Assembly: GCA_040770645.1 (NCBI GenBank)
Contig: JAXGIS010000005.1
Span: 13,333-77,332 of the forward strand
Reading direction: 5' to 3'
DNA length: 64,000 nt
Source of the DNA: Thermoleophilia bacterium
GTDB lineage: Bacteria; Actinomycetota; Thermoleophilia; RBG-16-64-13
Part shown: positions 1 through 10,437 of the stretch, in pieces
Layout of the letters: the number at the start of each line of letters is the position of its first letter
How positions within the stretch are numbered: the first letter of the stretch is position 1
Notes under the pieces: generated by a model
The model's database searches: none
What the model saw: only the letters and a program-made list of their open reading frames with translations
Told to the model about the DNA's origin: nothing
Made by a program: the position numbers and the translations under genes

Positions 1-1962
1 CCTGCCTTTCCGTCACGAACCTCCTTCCCGCTTGTGCAGCGTGTCGGCTCTGAGGGTGGGAGAAGCGGCCACCATTAGGGTGCGTGTGCGCTCCTGCTCC
101 GTACGGCCTTCCCGCCGGCGGAACCTGCGCATTTTGGAAGCGCTCCTGGGCGATGATAGCGGCACGGTTCTTGCCGTCTGGTACAACCAGGCTTATCTGG
201 AAGACGTGTTTGCGGCGCGGCCGGAGCTTCTTGTTCGCGGCGTGATCACCCATCGCGCGGGCCCACCTCGCTTCATTGTCCAGTCTCATGAAGTCCTGTC
301 CGGGGGAGAGGAGGGCTTACATACGCTGGGATTAGTGCCGGTGTATCCGGCCACGGGAGAGGTGAGCGTGCGACTCATCCGCAGCACTGTGGCCAAAGCT
401 CGTGAGTTCACGGTGCATCTGGTGGATCCCCTCCCCGCCCGCTTGGTGGCCAAGCGGCGCTACCCCAGCCGTTGCGAGGCCGTGATGGCCAGCCATTTCC
501 CGCGCAACGAGTCGGACGCGCTGGCGGCCAGACGCCGACTGGCCTTTGAAGAGCTGCTCTTGCTACAGCTAGCCCTCCTGCAGCGGCGTGCGCGGCAGAA
601 GCGATCGCGTGTGCGGCCACTCCCCCCTCCGGGAGACCTGTGCGCCCGCTTTCTTGCCTCCCTGCCGTTCCAACCCACTCCGGCTCAGCGTCGAGTGATG
701 GCCGAGATCGACAGCGATTTGATGGCCAGCAGGCCCATGCTGCGACTGCTTCAGGGTGATGTGGGGTCAGGCAAGACGCTTGTGGCGGTCTATGCTTTGC
801 TTCGTGCCGTGGAGGCCGGTGGCCAAGCGGCGCTGATGGCTCCTACCGAGGTGCTGGTGGATCAGCATGCGTTGAGGTTGAGCCAGGCATTGAGCCCTCT
901 GGGCCTCGGCGTGGGCACGCTCAAGAGTTCCATGACCGCCGGTGAACGCAGGGCGGTTACGGGGCGTCTGGCGGCGGGAGAACTGCAGCTTGTGGTGGGA
1001 ACCCACGCCCTGATTCAGTCGGGGGTGCACTTTGCCGATCTGCGCGCCGCTGTGGTGGATGAGCAGCATCGTTTTGGGGTGCGGCAGCGTGATGCACTGG
1101 GTGGAGAAGCCAACGGGCGCCCTCACGTGTTGCACATGACGGCCACTCCCATTCCCCGGACGCTGTGCCTGACGCTGTACGGGGATCTCGATCTGAGCGT
1201 TCTTGACGAGCTCCCTCCGGGGCGCACGCCCGTGCGTACCTTCTGGTTCCACCTGTGCGCCAAGCGTCGGCTTGGAAGTTCGTGCGTGAGCGTGTGGATG
1301 AGGGTGAGCAGGCGTGTGTGGTGTGCCCGCTCATTGAAGAGAGCGCTACCGTTGACGAAGCTTCTGCTACGGCTGTGTACGCCGAACTCGCCGCCGGTGA
1401 ACTTAGCGGCTATCGAGTGGGCCTGCTTCACGGGAATCTGCCCTCCGCCCAGAAGCGTGAGGCCATGGCGGATTTTGCCGCGGGTCGGACCCAAGTGTTG
1501 GTCTCCACCACAGTGATTGAAGTGGGGGTGGATGTACCCAATGCCACGGTTATGCTCATATTGGGGGCACGTCGCTTCGGTCTGTCTCAGCTTCACCAGT
1601 TGCGAGGGCGCGTGGGGCGGGGGAGTCGGAGATCATACTGTCTGTTGTTCACAGACGAAGGGCAGGAGGATGCGGACGGGCGTTTGGGGTTGTTCGCTTC
1701 CACCAGTGATGGTTTTGAGCTTGCCGAGGCCGATCTACGTGTGCGAGGGGAAGGGCAGATGTTTGGGGATCGCCAATCTGGATTCGGGGACCTGCGTGTG
1801 GCGAGACTGCTCCATGATCAAGATCTGCTCCAAGACGCCAGACGTGAGGCGCAACACCTGCTCGCCGCTGATCCTTTGTTGGAACGGACTGCAGGAGGGT
1901 TTCTGCGGGAAGAGGTCACGAATCGATTCGGCGGTCTGGAGCACTGGCTGGACCGGGCATGA
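1..1962 (+). CDS. recG: ATP-dependent DNA helicase RecG, partial (5' end outside the window). The frame is broken near 1250 and continues in the ORF at 1255..1962.
   Basis: Helicase motifs GDVGSGKT and DEQHRFGV are present. The C-terminal part VCPLIEES...VIEVGVDVPNATVMLI...QLHQLRGRVGRG is in a second frame. The break is a single frame shift. Confidence 0.85.
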
Positions 1963-2037
1963 CGCGGGCGGCGTCGAGTCCCAGGCGTGCGTGGCTGGCA
2001 GTATCGTGGATACCAGTATGAGGGTATTGTGGGCTTT

Positions 2038-2589
2038 CTGAGAATCGTGGGCGGTGAATACGGCGGGCGCAGGCTGCGTGTGCCTGCCACAACGGCCGTG
2101 CGCCCCACGTCCGATCGAGTGCGCGAGGCGATCTTCAATGCCTTGGGCGCCTTCGAGGGGGCGTCGGTGCTGGATCTGTTTGCCGGGTCGGGCGCCCTGG
2201 GCTTGGAGTCCCTGTCGCGAGGGGCGATATGGTGCACATTCGTGGAGGGGGATCGTAAGGTAGTATGGACACTGAAGGAAAACATCGCGTCACTCGGCCT
2301 GGAGCAGGTAACCGAGGTCATCGTGGCGAAGTACACTGCCGGCCTCAGTGTGGTCGAGAGGAAGGGGCGGCGGTATGATGTGGTGTTCCTGGATCCGCCG
2401 TATCACATGACGGAGCAGGTGCTGGAACGTGTCACGCCACGACTCGAGGCACTGGTGAATCCGGGAGGACTCGTGGTTGTGGAGACGAGGAAGAGTGGCG
2501 GGCTCGTTCCCGGCTGGGAGTCGGTATTTGCCCGCACCTACGGGGACACAGGCGTACGCATCTCTAGGAGGGGAGACGAGACCCAGTGA
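2038..2589 (+). CDS. rsmD: 16S rRNA (guanine966-N2)-methyltransferase RsmD. The start is uncertain and may be the CTG or GTG near 2038-2047.
   Basis: Conserved N-terminus LRIVGGEYGGRRL, SAM-binding motif VLDLFAGSGALGLESLSRGA and motif VFLDPPY. Confidence 0.8.
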   Translation: MRIVGGEYGGRRLRVPATTAVRPTSDRVREAIFNALGAFEGASVLDLFAGSGALGLESLSRGAIWCTFVEGDRKVVWTLKENIASLGLEQVTEVIVAKYTAGLSVVERKGRRYDVVFLDPPYHMTEQVLERVTPRLEALVNPGGLVVVETRKSGGLVPGWESVFARTYGDTGVRISRRGDETQ

Positions 2590-3077
2590 AGACCGCGCTC
2601 TGCCCGGGAACGTATGACCCGGTGACCAACGGGCATCTTGACATTATCTCGCGTGCCGCGGACAAGTTCGACAAGGTGGTCGTTGCCGTGGTGAAAAACC
2701 CACCACGCAAACAACTGTTGTTTTCATTGGAGGAGCGCCTGCAGTTCTTGCGTGAGGCCACCAAAGACCTGCCCAACGTGCTGGTGGCCGTTCTCGACGG
2801 CTTGGTGGTCGATTGCGCGCGGAAGCACGGTGCTGATGCCCTGGTGAAAGGGCTTCGCGCAGTGATGGACTTCGAGTATGAGTTCCAGATGGCTCAACTC
2901 AACAAAGTTCTGGCCCCAGAGCTCGAAACCATCTACTTCATGGCTTCGGCAGGAGTTGGGTACGTCAGTTCAAGCGGCGTCAAAGAGATCGCCATGTTCG
3001 GGGGCGGCGTGGACGGATTGGTGCCCGACATGGTGGCCAAACGCTTCGCGGAAATCTACAGGTCCCTGGAGGCGTAG
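2586..3077 (+). CDS. coaD: Phosphopantetheine adenylyltransferase.
   Basis: MKTALCPGTYDPVTNGHLDII matches the CoaD nucleotidyltransferase motif. A GTGA start/stop overlap with rsmD suggests translational coupling. Confidence 0.9.
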   Translation: MKTALCPGTYDPVTNGHLDIISRAADKFDKVVVAVVKNPPRKQLLFSLEERLQFLREATKDLPNVLVAVLDGLVVDCARKHGADALVKGLRAVMDFEYEFQMAQLNKVLAPELETIYFMASAGVGYVSSSGVKEIAMFGGGVDGLVPDMVAKRFAEIYRSLEA

Positions 3078-3078
3078 C

Positions 3079-3537
3079 ATGGATGTCCTGGTCCTGATCG
3101 ACAAGCTCGATGATCTGGTGCACGGTGCCAGCACCTTCCCCATGACCGACAAGGTCATGATCGACCGAGAGCAGATCTACGAACTGCTCGACCAGATGCG
3201 GGCCACGATCCCGGAGGAGATCAAACAGGCCCGGTGGATCGTCAAAGAGCGCCAAGAGATGCTGCAGGAGGCGAAGGAGGAGTCTGAGCGCATCATTGCG
3301 GAAGCCCGGGAAGAAGGCGCTCGCCTAACCAGTGAGCAGGAAGTCGTCAAGCGGGCTGAACGAGAGGCTGAGGACATCATCCGTGATGCCGAGGCGCGTG
3401 GGCGCGAGATCCGTCTGGGCGCCGAAGACTACGCCGATGAGGTGCTGGCCACGCTCGAGACCAACCTCGACAAGTTCCTGGCAGCCGTTCAGCGCGGGCG
3501 CCAGCGCCTGCAGGGTGGGCGCGAGGACGCCCCTTAA
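3079..3537 (+). CDS. Hypothetical coiled-coil protein, rich in charged repeats of the EAREEGARL/EREAEDIIRDAEARGREI kind.
   Basis: ATG 2 nt after the coaD stop, with strong coding periodicity. I do not recognise a family. The composition resembles ATP-synthase-b-like or DivIVA-like coiled coils. Confidence 0.5.
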   Translation: MDVLVLIDKLDDLVHGASTFPMTDKVMIDREQIYELLDQMRATIPEEIKQARWIVKERQEMLQEAKEESERIIAEAREEGARLTSEQEVVKRAEREAEDIIRDAEARGREIRLGAEDYADEVLATLETNLDKFLAAVQRGRQRLQGGREDAP

Positions 3538-3567
3538 GCCGACTCCGCGCAACTACTGAGGTTCGCA

Positions 3568-4125
3568 TTGGCCAGGCGGTCCACCAGCATTGATCTGCGT
3601 GAGCTTGCGCTCAGCACGGGTCATCGTGTGGAGCGCGTCCTGGATGTGGATATCGCCCCTATCGTATTCGGTGGGCTGTCTTATCAAGTGGTGGTGGGCG
3701 CACAGGGCGTGCGGGTCACGGTCGATCGCGTGTCCGGGGGATTCCTTGTCCGCCTCTCCTTTGACGCCTCGGTATACGGTCCGTGCTTCCGTTGCCTGAA
3801 CGAGGCCAGTCTCGCTGTGCAGGCCAAGCAGGAGGAGTTCGTACCTCTTCATCCAGAGGAGTGGGGTCCGGGTGACGTGTCGCCCTTTGTGGACGATCTA
3901 GTGGTTGACGTGGAAGCGCTGGCGCGGGAGGCTTTGATCCTCGCGCTGCCGGGGAAGATCTTGTGCTCGGACGGGTGCCCCGGGGTGTGTCCTTCCTGTG
4001 GGCGCGAGGCGCACGAGGGTCCCTGCGAGGGTGTCGCCGACGAAACTGATCCGCGGTGGGCTTGTCTCCGTAACCTCGATTTGCCCTCTGAAGACACGTC
4101 CTCCTTGAAAACGGACGGTGAATGA
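3568..4125 (+). CDS. yceD: YceD/DUF177 family protein (the large-subunit rRNA accumulation protein).
   Basis: TTG start. C-terminal Cys cluster CSDGCPGVCPSCGREAHEGPCE. It sits immediately upstream of rpmF, as in the conserved yceD-rpmF pair. Confidence 0.8.
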   Translation: MARRSTSIDLRELALSTGHRVERVLDVDIAPIVFGGLSYQVVVGAQGVRVTVDRVSGGFLVRLSFDASVYGPCFRCLNEASLAVQAKQEEFVPLHPEEWGPGDVSPFVDDLVVDVEALAREALILALPGKILCSDGCPGVCPSCGREAHEGPCEGVADETDPRWACLRNLDLPSEDTSSLKTDGE

Positions 4126-4167
4126 GATATTAATCCTGGGCTTGCTACTACTAAGGAATGGTGAAAG

Positions 4168-4347
4168 TTGGCTGTACCCAAACACAAGACATCACGGTCA
4201 CGGCGGAACAAGCGTCGCGCCAACCACGGTGTGACCGCGCCCCACATCGTAGAGTGCCCGCAGTGCCACAGTCCCAAGCTGCCCCACACCGTCTGCCTCA
4301 ACTGCGGTACGTACCGCGGTCGGCAGATCATTGAGATCGAGGAATAG
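4168..4347 (+). CDS. rpmF: 50S ribosomal protein L32.
   Basis: Not in the ORF track because it starts with TTG. Translation LAVPKHKTSRSRRNKRRANHGVTAPHIVECPQCHSPKLPHTVCLNCGTYRGRQIIEIEE matches L32. An AAGGA RBS lies about 10 nt upstream. Confidence 0.85.
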   Translation: MAVPKHKTSRSRRNKRRANHGVTAPHIVECPQCHSPKLPHTVCLNCGTYRGRQIIEIEE

Positions 4348-4375
4348 CAGCCTCGGGAGGGGTGCCGGTTGCTCC

Positions 4376-4663
4376 ATGGGAGAGATCACCACATTTCGCT
4401 GTACAGACTGCGGATACGAGTCGGCGGCGATACGGTGGGGTGTCAGCGTCACTGATCCTCGACGCCGGTTCCTGCCCGCCCAGTGCCTGAGTTGTAAAGA
4501 GTACGTGGAGGTGGACCTGACCGGGGCCGATCTCCTCGTGGATGACTTCTTCTGTCCCACCTGCGGTGCACAGGTGTTCTTCGTGGAGAGGGCGGATGCG
4601 TACGCGTGCCCCAAGTGCGGTGGAACACACGTCGGTCCCCACCAAGGCCCCGCGTACTGGTAG
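4376..4663 (+). CDS. Small zinc-ribbon protein with four CxxC pairs.
   Basis: MGEITTFRCTDCGYE...CLSCKEY...CPTCGAQ...CPKCGG. The ATG follows the rpmF stop. Confidence 0.5.
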   Translation: MGEITTFRCTDCGYESAAIRWGVSVTDPRRRFLPAQCLSCKEYVEVDLTGADLLVDDFFCPTCGAQVFFVERADAYACPKCGGTHVGPHQGPAYW

Positions 4664-4697
4664 TACCTCATCCCCCGCTCACTGGAGGAAAAGTGCC

Positions 4698-4946
4698 ATG
4701 CAACTGATCGTCCAAGAGGGAAGGGCCATTGTCAGCCTCACGGTCCCCATTCGCGCGCACGACGAGGTGTTGCGTACCACCAGTTTCAGTGAGCTTACGG
4801 AAGAGGTGAAGGTCTTCTACCGTGATTTCGAGATCGTGCGAGTGGAGTTGCGCGGTGGAGATATTGAGGTGCTGCCACCGGCCATTGGAGGCATCTATTG
4901 GCTGGAGAAGGGGAGACGCTACCAGCTGAAGGTGGCAGTCGAGTAG
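4698..4946 (+). CDS. Hypothetical 82-aa protein.
   Basis: ATG preceded by a GGAGGAAAAG RBS. No family recognised. Confidence 0.4.
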   Translation: MQLIVQEGRAIVSLTVPIRAHDEVLRTTSFSELTEEVKVFYRDFEIVRVELRGGDIEVLPPAIGGIYWLEKGRRYQLKVAVE

Positions 4947-5111
4947 TTTGGGAGAAGCGCACCGCCACGCTCATTACGGTGCCCACAGGGACATTCATTT
5001 CGGGAGCCGCTTCGGCTAGAATACGATGCCTATGGCTGTCCTTGATACAACCACCCTTGACACAACCATTCATGTCGGCCTGCGGCTGACTGCGGAGACG
5101 AGGAGGAGCGC

Positions 5112-7197
5112 ATGGCGCTGGTAGACCCGGCCAAGATCAGAAACGCTGCCGTCGTGGGACACCGGGGTGCCGGTAAAACCTCACTCGTCGAGGCACTGCT
5201 CTTCACCAGTGGTGCCAAGAACCGCCTGGGCAACATCGTTGACGGCACCACCACCATGGATCACGATGAGGACGAGATCAAGCGGCAAATGACGATCTTG
5301 GCCGGTCTGGCTCATGTGGACTGGAACAAGGCCAAGATCAACCTCATAGACACGCCCGGTGAAGCATCCTTCATCAACGACACGTTGGGGGCGCTGAGCG
5401 TTGTCGAGAGTGTGATCATGGTGATCAACGCCGTGGCCAAGGTGGAGGTGCAGACGGAACGTCTGTGGAAGCGCGCTGTGGAGCTGGGTATCAGTCGCTT
5501 GGCCGTGATCAACATGATGGATCGGGAACGCGCCTATTTTGACGAAGCCGTCGATGCGCTTCGAAGTCGGCTGGGTTCCGGTGTGGTGGCGGTACACCTG
5601 CCCATTGGGGAAGAGGCAAACTTCAAAGGCGTCGTGGACCTTGTGGCCATGAAAGCCTACCTGTATACGGACAACTCGGGCACGGTAAGGAGTCTGATAT
5701 CCCGGCCGACCTCGCGGACGCCGTCGAGGCCGCGCGTGAGAAGCTGGTGGAGGCGGTCGCGGAGGTAGATGACGATCTCACCGAAAAATATCTGGAAGGG
5801 AGGAGATCACCCAAGAGGAGTTGGTCACCGCGCTCAAAAGCGGTGTGACCAGCGGTCTCATTTCTCCGGTCGTGGCGATGTCGTCCGCCAAGAACATCGG
5901 GACGGATCGTGTCTTGGCGGCCATTGTGGACTTCCTGCCGTCTCCGGCCTCTGCTCAGCCTCACACCGTTGGTCTGCTCGATGATTCCGGTGACGTGGAG
6001 CTCGCACCTGCCGCAGACGCCCCGGTGGCCATGTATGTGTTCAAGACGCTGAGCGACCAGTACTCAGGGCGCATCAACTTGGCCCGAATTTTCTCGGGGC
6101 GCATCGGCAGCGATTCGCAGGTGTTGAACGTCCGCACCGGCGAACGCGAGCGTACCGGCAACATCTTGACCATGCAGGGCAAGGAGACCAAGGGCATTGA
6201 CGAGGCCGCCGCAGGGGATATCGTGGCGCTGGCCAAACTCAAGGACACAGCCACGGGGGATACGCTGAGCGACGGGACACGTGTGGTGCGCTTCCCGCCT
6301 CAGGAGTTCCCGCCCGCCGCCATCTCGTTTGCCATCACCAGCAAGGCCAAGGGCGATGAGGAGAAGGTGTCCAACGCTCTGAAGAGGCTGAGCGAAGAAG
6401 ACCCGGCTATGCAACTGCGCTTTGATGCCCAGACCAAGGAGATGATCATCTCCGGCACCAGCCAGGTGCATGTGGAAGTCATCCTCGACAAGATGAAGCG
6501 GCGCTTTGGGGTGGAAGTGGAGCTACATCCGCCGCAGGTACCCTATCGCGAGACCATTCGGCGCAAAGCCCAAGCCCAAGGCCGCCACAAGAAACAAACC
6601 GGTGGCCGTGGCCAGTTCGGCGATTGCTGGATCGAGATTGAGCCACTCGCGCGTGGTGAAGGCTACCAGTTCGAGGATGCCATCTTCGGCGGCTCCATTC
6701 CCAGGAACTTCATTCCCGCGGTGGAAAAAGGCATAGTGGAAGCCATGGAGAACGGCGTGGTCGCCGGCTATCCCGTGGTGGACGTGAAAGTCAAGCTCTA
6801 CGATGGCTCGTATCACACCGTGGACTCGTCGGAGTTGGCGTTCAAGATCGCCGGCTCTCTCGGCTGGAACAAAGCCATGGGCTTGGCCGACCCTGTCTTG
6901 CTCGAGCCCATAATGAACGTTGAGGTTACTGCGCCCGAGGAAAACATGGGCGACATCATGGGTGATCTATCCAGCCGTCGCGGCCGCCCCCAGGGCAGCG
7001 AGACCGTAGGGGAAGTACAGGTCATTCGCGCTCAGGTTCCGTTGGTGGAGATGCTCTCCTACGCTCCACAGCTTCGCTCCATGACTGCCGGGCGCGGGTC
7101 CTACACCATGGAGTTTGATCATTATGAGGAAGTGCCCGTGCATCTGGCCCAGAAGGTGATCGAAGAGGCGGCTGCGCGCAAGAAGGAGGAGTCCTAA
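5112..7197 (+). CDS. Elongation factor G paralog (EF-G2-like translational GTPase). The reading frame is broken twice, near 5685 and near 5800.
   Basis: G-domain motifs [13 protein letters not shown] and DTPGEASF. Domains II-V (VVAMSSAKN..., [23 protein letters not shown]) continue in ORF 5821..7197. An intermediate frame reads [39 protein letters not shown] and bridges the two ORFs. Confidence 0.8.
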
Positions 7198-7233
7198 GCC
7201 GCCCGCCCGGGGCTCCGCCACCATCTGTGAATC

Positions 7234-7284
7234 CGGCCGCCCGGGTACCGCTTGAACGCGGTGCCCGGGCGGCCTCTTTTGTTG
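7234..7284 (+). terminator. Rho-independent terminator downstream of the EF-G paralog.
   Basis: GGCCGCCCGGGTACCG / loop CTTGAA / CGCGGTGCCCGGGCGGCC, followed by TCTTTTGTT. Confidence 0.6.
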
Positions 7285-7391
7285 CCGCCGTCTTCCGCGC
7301 TCCACCCAGAGGTTCCGTCCCGGCTGTGACGTATCGTGATGCCCCCGGCGCGTGGTTATGTTGCGTTCCGGGCAAAGGAGTGCTGCAACGG

Positions 7392-8302
7392 ATGTTGTAC
7401 AATACAGTTGATGCAATCTCGGTTCACATACGGGGCATGGCAGAGAGCGGCAAACCCAAACGAGTGAGCGACCTGCTCGAGCAGGGCTTTGATTCGTTCT
7501 CCCGCTCGCAGAAGGCCATAGCCAGATACATCATCGATCACGTCGATGAGATTGGGTATCTGAGCGCAGAGGAGCTTGCGCGCAAGGGGAACACGTCCAG
7601 CTCCACCGTGGTCAGGTTCGCACAGTCTCTGGGCTTCAGCGGCTATCCGGATCTACAGAAGGCGGCTCGTGACGAGTTCCGCTTGGGAACGAGCACGCGG
7701 CCGTTGGTGAGAGATGATCAGTTGCTTTTCGTGGTGGAAGAGGATCTTCTCACCCGCGCGCTGCGGACCGACATCTTGAGCTTGGAAGAGACTCTCGCTA
7801 AGAACTCTTTGGCCACATTCGACAGGGCAGTGGACATGTTGGTGGCCACGCGGGGTCTGCTGGTGGTAGGACTGCACGAGGCCTCTATCGTGGCGCGTCA
7901 TGCCGCGTACGTCTTCGAACTCCTGGGTATTCCCACAGCCGTCGTGGTCGACGGCTCAGAGGCCAATCTGGCTCGTCTGGTCCGCTTAGGCGGAGACGAT
8001 TCCCTGCTGGCCGTGGGCTTCCGTCGGGCCCACCCTCAGACGGTGGCCTATGTGAAGGCCGCGGCCTCCCAAGGAGCTCACACCATTGTCATCACCGACA
8101 ACTCACTGTCGGAACTGGCCGGCAAGGGGATATCACCCTTTTCGCAGACATCGATTCCACTTTTTTCGCCCACTCGCTGGTGGGTCCTCTCAGCCTCGTG
8201 AGCGCGCTCGCCGGAGGTGTATATGCGCGCGACAGAGAGGGGTTCGATGCTCGTCTCCGCGCCGTGCGTGAACAGGTTGACGAATCTGGTTGGCTGAAGT
8301 GA
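7392..8302 (+). CDS. RpiR-family transcriptional regulator (HTH_6 plus SIS domain). The frame is broken near 8160.
   Basis: The HTH region FSRSQKAIARYIIDHVDEIGYLSAEELARKGNTSSSTVVRFAQSLGFSGY, followed by an SIS domain. The C-terminus continues in another frame (SLVGPLSLVSALAGGVYAR...) after a TTTTTT run. Confidence 0.75.
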
Positions 8303-8451
8303 GCTGAGCACGGCCGCTGCGGGCCGGGTGGGCGCGGGGCTTGCTGTTGTGGGTGTGGTTGCTTTGACGGTTGTGTGGCCGGTTGTGCGTTGAAGGGCTA
8401 TGGAGGGTCCGCTAAACTCGTAGGATGAATGAGCGCGCGGAGGGGAGAGAC

Positions 8452-9336
8452 GTGAACGAAGCAGGCGCACTACGCGTTAGGTTTGGCTTGGCAGAGACAC
8501 TCAAGGGTGGCGTGATCATGGACGTGACCAACGCCGAGCAGGCCAAGATCGCTGAGGAAGCCGGTGCCTGCGCGGTCATGGCTCTGGAGCGGGTGCCAGC
8601 CGACATACGGGCGCAGGGCGGTGTGGCCCGCATGGCTGATCCCACCAAGATCGCCGAGATCCAGGAAGCGGTTGCCATCCCCGTCATGGCCAAGGTGCGC
8701 ATTGGGCACTTCGTGGAAGCGCAGATCTTGGAGGCGCTGAAGGTCGACTTCGTCGATGAATCCGAGGTGCTGACCCCGGCCGATGAGCATCATCACATCA
8801 ACAAGTGGCGCTTCACCGTGCCTTTCGTTTGTGGAGCGCGCAACCTGGGCGAGGCACTGCGGCGCATCGTCGAGGGCGCGGCCATGATCCGCACCAAAGG
8901 TGAAGCGGGTTCGGGCAATGTGGTCGAAGCTGTGCGCCACATGCGTACCGTACAGGACGAGATCCGACGCATGGCCAATATGGACACCGACGAGCTTTAT
9001 GCCGCCGCGAAAGAACTGGGCGCCCCTTACGAACTCGTGGCCTGGGTGGCCGAGCACGCTGCCCTGCCTGTGGTGAACTTCGCGGCGGGCGGCATAGCCA
9101 CGCCGGCTGATGCAGCCCTCATGATGCAGCTTGGCGCAGACGGCGTGTTTGTGGGGTCGGGCATCTTCAAGAGTGCAGACCCGGCTTCACGTGCGCTCGC
9201 CATCGTGAAGGCCACTGCCCACTACCGTGACGCTTCCGTTTTGGCCGAGGTATCCCGTGGGCTGGGCGAAGCCATGCCGGGTTTGGAGATTGCGAGTATT
9301 GCTCCCGAAGAGAGGTTGCAGGAGCGGGGCTGGTAA
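8452..9336 (+). CDS. pdxS: Pyridoxal 5'-phosphate synthase, lyase subunit PdxS.
   Basis: [37 protein letters not shown]...[17 protein letters not shown]. The start is either the GTG at 8452 after a GGAGGGGAGAGAC RBS, or the ATG at 8425. Confidence 0.9.
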   Translation: MNEAGALRVRFGLAETLKGGVIMDVTNAEQAKIAEEAGACAVMALERVPADIRAQGGVARMADPTKIAEIQEAVAIPVMAKVRIGHFVEAQILEALKVDFVDESEVLTPADEHHHINKWRFTVPFVCGARNLGEALRRIVEGAAMIRTKGEAGSGNVVEAVRHMRTVQDEIRRMANMDTDELYAAAKELGAPYELVAWVAEHAALPVVNFAAGGIATPADAALMMQLGADGVFVGSGIFKSADPASRALAIVKATAHYRDASVLAEVSRGLGEAMPGLEIASIAPEERLQERGW

Positions 9337-9340
9337 ATCC

Positions 9341-9659
9341 ATGAGATCGCTCGTGGGCGTTCTCACGGTGTGGGGGCGTTCAACGAGCGTGGTTGCGCGT
9401 TGTGGTCACCGGGAGCCGGTGGGGGAGAAGTTCTTCTTCCTCGATATGGCGACGGTTGGGAAATACCGGCTGGGTTCGGAGGCGAGAGCACGAAGATGGG
9501 CAAGCCCGTCGACATCCACAGCCCAGTTTCGTGCCGGCGTCGGCCTTTCATTGGCAGGTGCTCTTTGAACGGGGGTTGCATGCCTTCGTCCTCGATATCG
9601 TCAAAGTCGGCGAAGGGCCCAGCGGTCTCTTCGCATTCGCGCTGATGGAGGTGTGAGCA
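9341..9659 (+). pseudogene. pdxT: pdxT (glutaminase subunit) remnant. It is about 320 bp where roughly 600 bp would be expected, and it is in multiple frames.
   Basis: Recognisable fragments MRSLVGVLTV, GAFNE..., LLPRYGDGWEIPAGFGGESTKMGKP (compare IIPGGESTTM) and C-terminal LHAFVLDIV (compare LFV.MV) are scattered over three frames. The middle of the protein is absent. Confidence 0.55.
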
Positions 9660-10412
9660 GTGTCTGGCCATTCGAAATGGGCTGGGATCAAACACAAGAA
9701 GGCGGCAGCCGATGCCAAGCGGGGGAAAGAGTTCGCGAAGCTGTCGCGCGCCATCACCGTTGCTGCCAAGGAGGGCGGGGGGGACCCCAGCCACAATGCC
9801 TCGCTTGTCCAGGCTATTCAGAAGGCCAAGGACGCCAACATGCCCAACGACAATATTGACCGCGCCATCAAGAAGGGCACGGGGGCCGGCAGCGAGGCGC
9901 AGGACTTCCTCCATCTCACGTATGAGGGGTATGGGCCCAACGGTGTCGCGGTACTCGTGACGGTGCTGACCGACAACAAGAATCGATCGGCAGCAGACAT
10001 CCGCCACATATTCGATCGTGCCGGCGGCAAGTTGGGGACGGACGGCTCTGTCGGTTGGCTGTTCGAGCGCAAAGGCGTGATCTTGATCGAAGATGCAACC
10101 CAAAGTGAGGACGACGTGATGATGGCGGCCATAGATGCGGGGGCCGAAGACGTATTGACCGAGGGCGATACCATCGAGATCCGGACCGACCCCAGCATGT
10201 TCATGGCCGTGCGTCAGGGATTGGAGGCGGCGAGCATCGCTTACACATCGGCCACGCTGACCATGATCCCCAAAGACACAGTGCCGCTCGATGAGAACGA
10301 TGCGCGTAAGACGCTCCGCCTGTTGGATGCGCTGGAAGACCATGACGACGTCCAAGAGGTGTTCGCCAACTTCGATATCCCCGACCACATCATGGAAGCC
10401 TTGATGGGTTAG
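9660..10412 (+). CDS. yebC: YebC/PmpR family DNA-binding transcriptional regulator.
   Basis: GTG start. MSGHSKWAGIKHKKAAADAKRGKEFAKLSR is the canonical YebC N-terminus. Confidence 0.9.
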   Translation: MSGHSKWAGIKHKKAAADAKRGKEFAKLSRAITVAAKEGGGDPSHNASLVQAIQKAKDANMPNDNIDRAIKKGTGAGSEAQDFLHLTYEGYGPNGVAVLVTVLTDNKNRSAADIRHIFDRAGGKLGTDGSVGWLFERKGVILIEDATQSEDDVMMAAIDAGAEDVLTEGDTIEIRTDPSMFMAVRQGLEAASIAYTSATLTMIPKDTVPLDENDARKTLRLLDALEDHDDVQEVFANFDIPDHIMEALMG

Positions 10413-10437
10413 GTCGAAGATCGCTCCGTCGCCACAG

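Noticed and set aside
32-1516. The ORF-track RecG product continuing to 1516 (...CAKRRLGSSCVSVWMRV...).
   Set aside because: After about 1250 the translation is nonsense. The conserved RecG C-terminus is in the +1 frame, so this is a frameshift, not a novel C-terminal domain.
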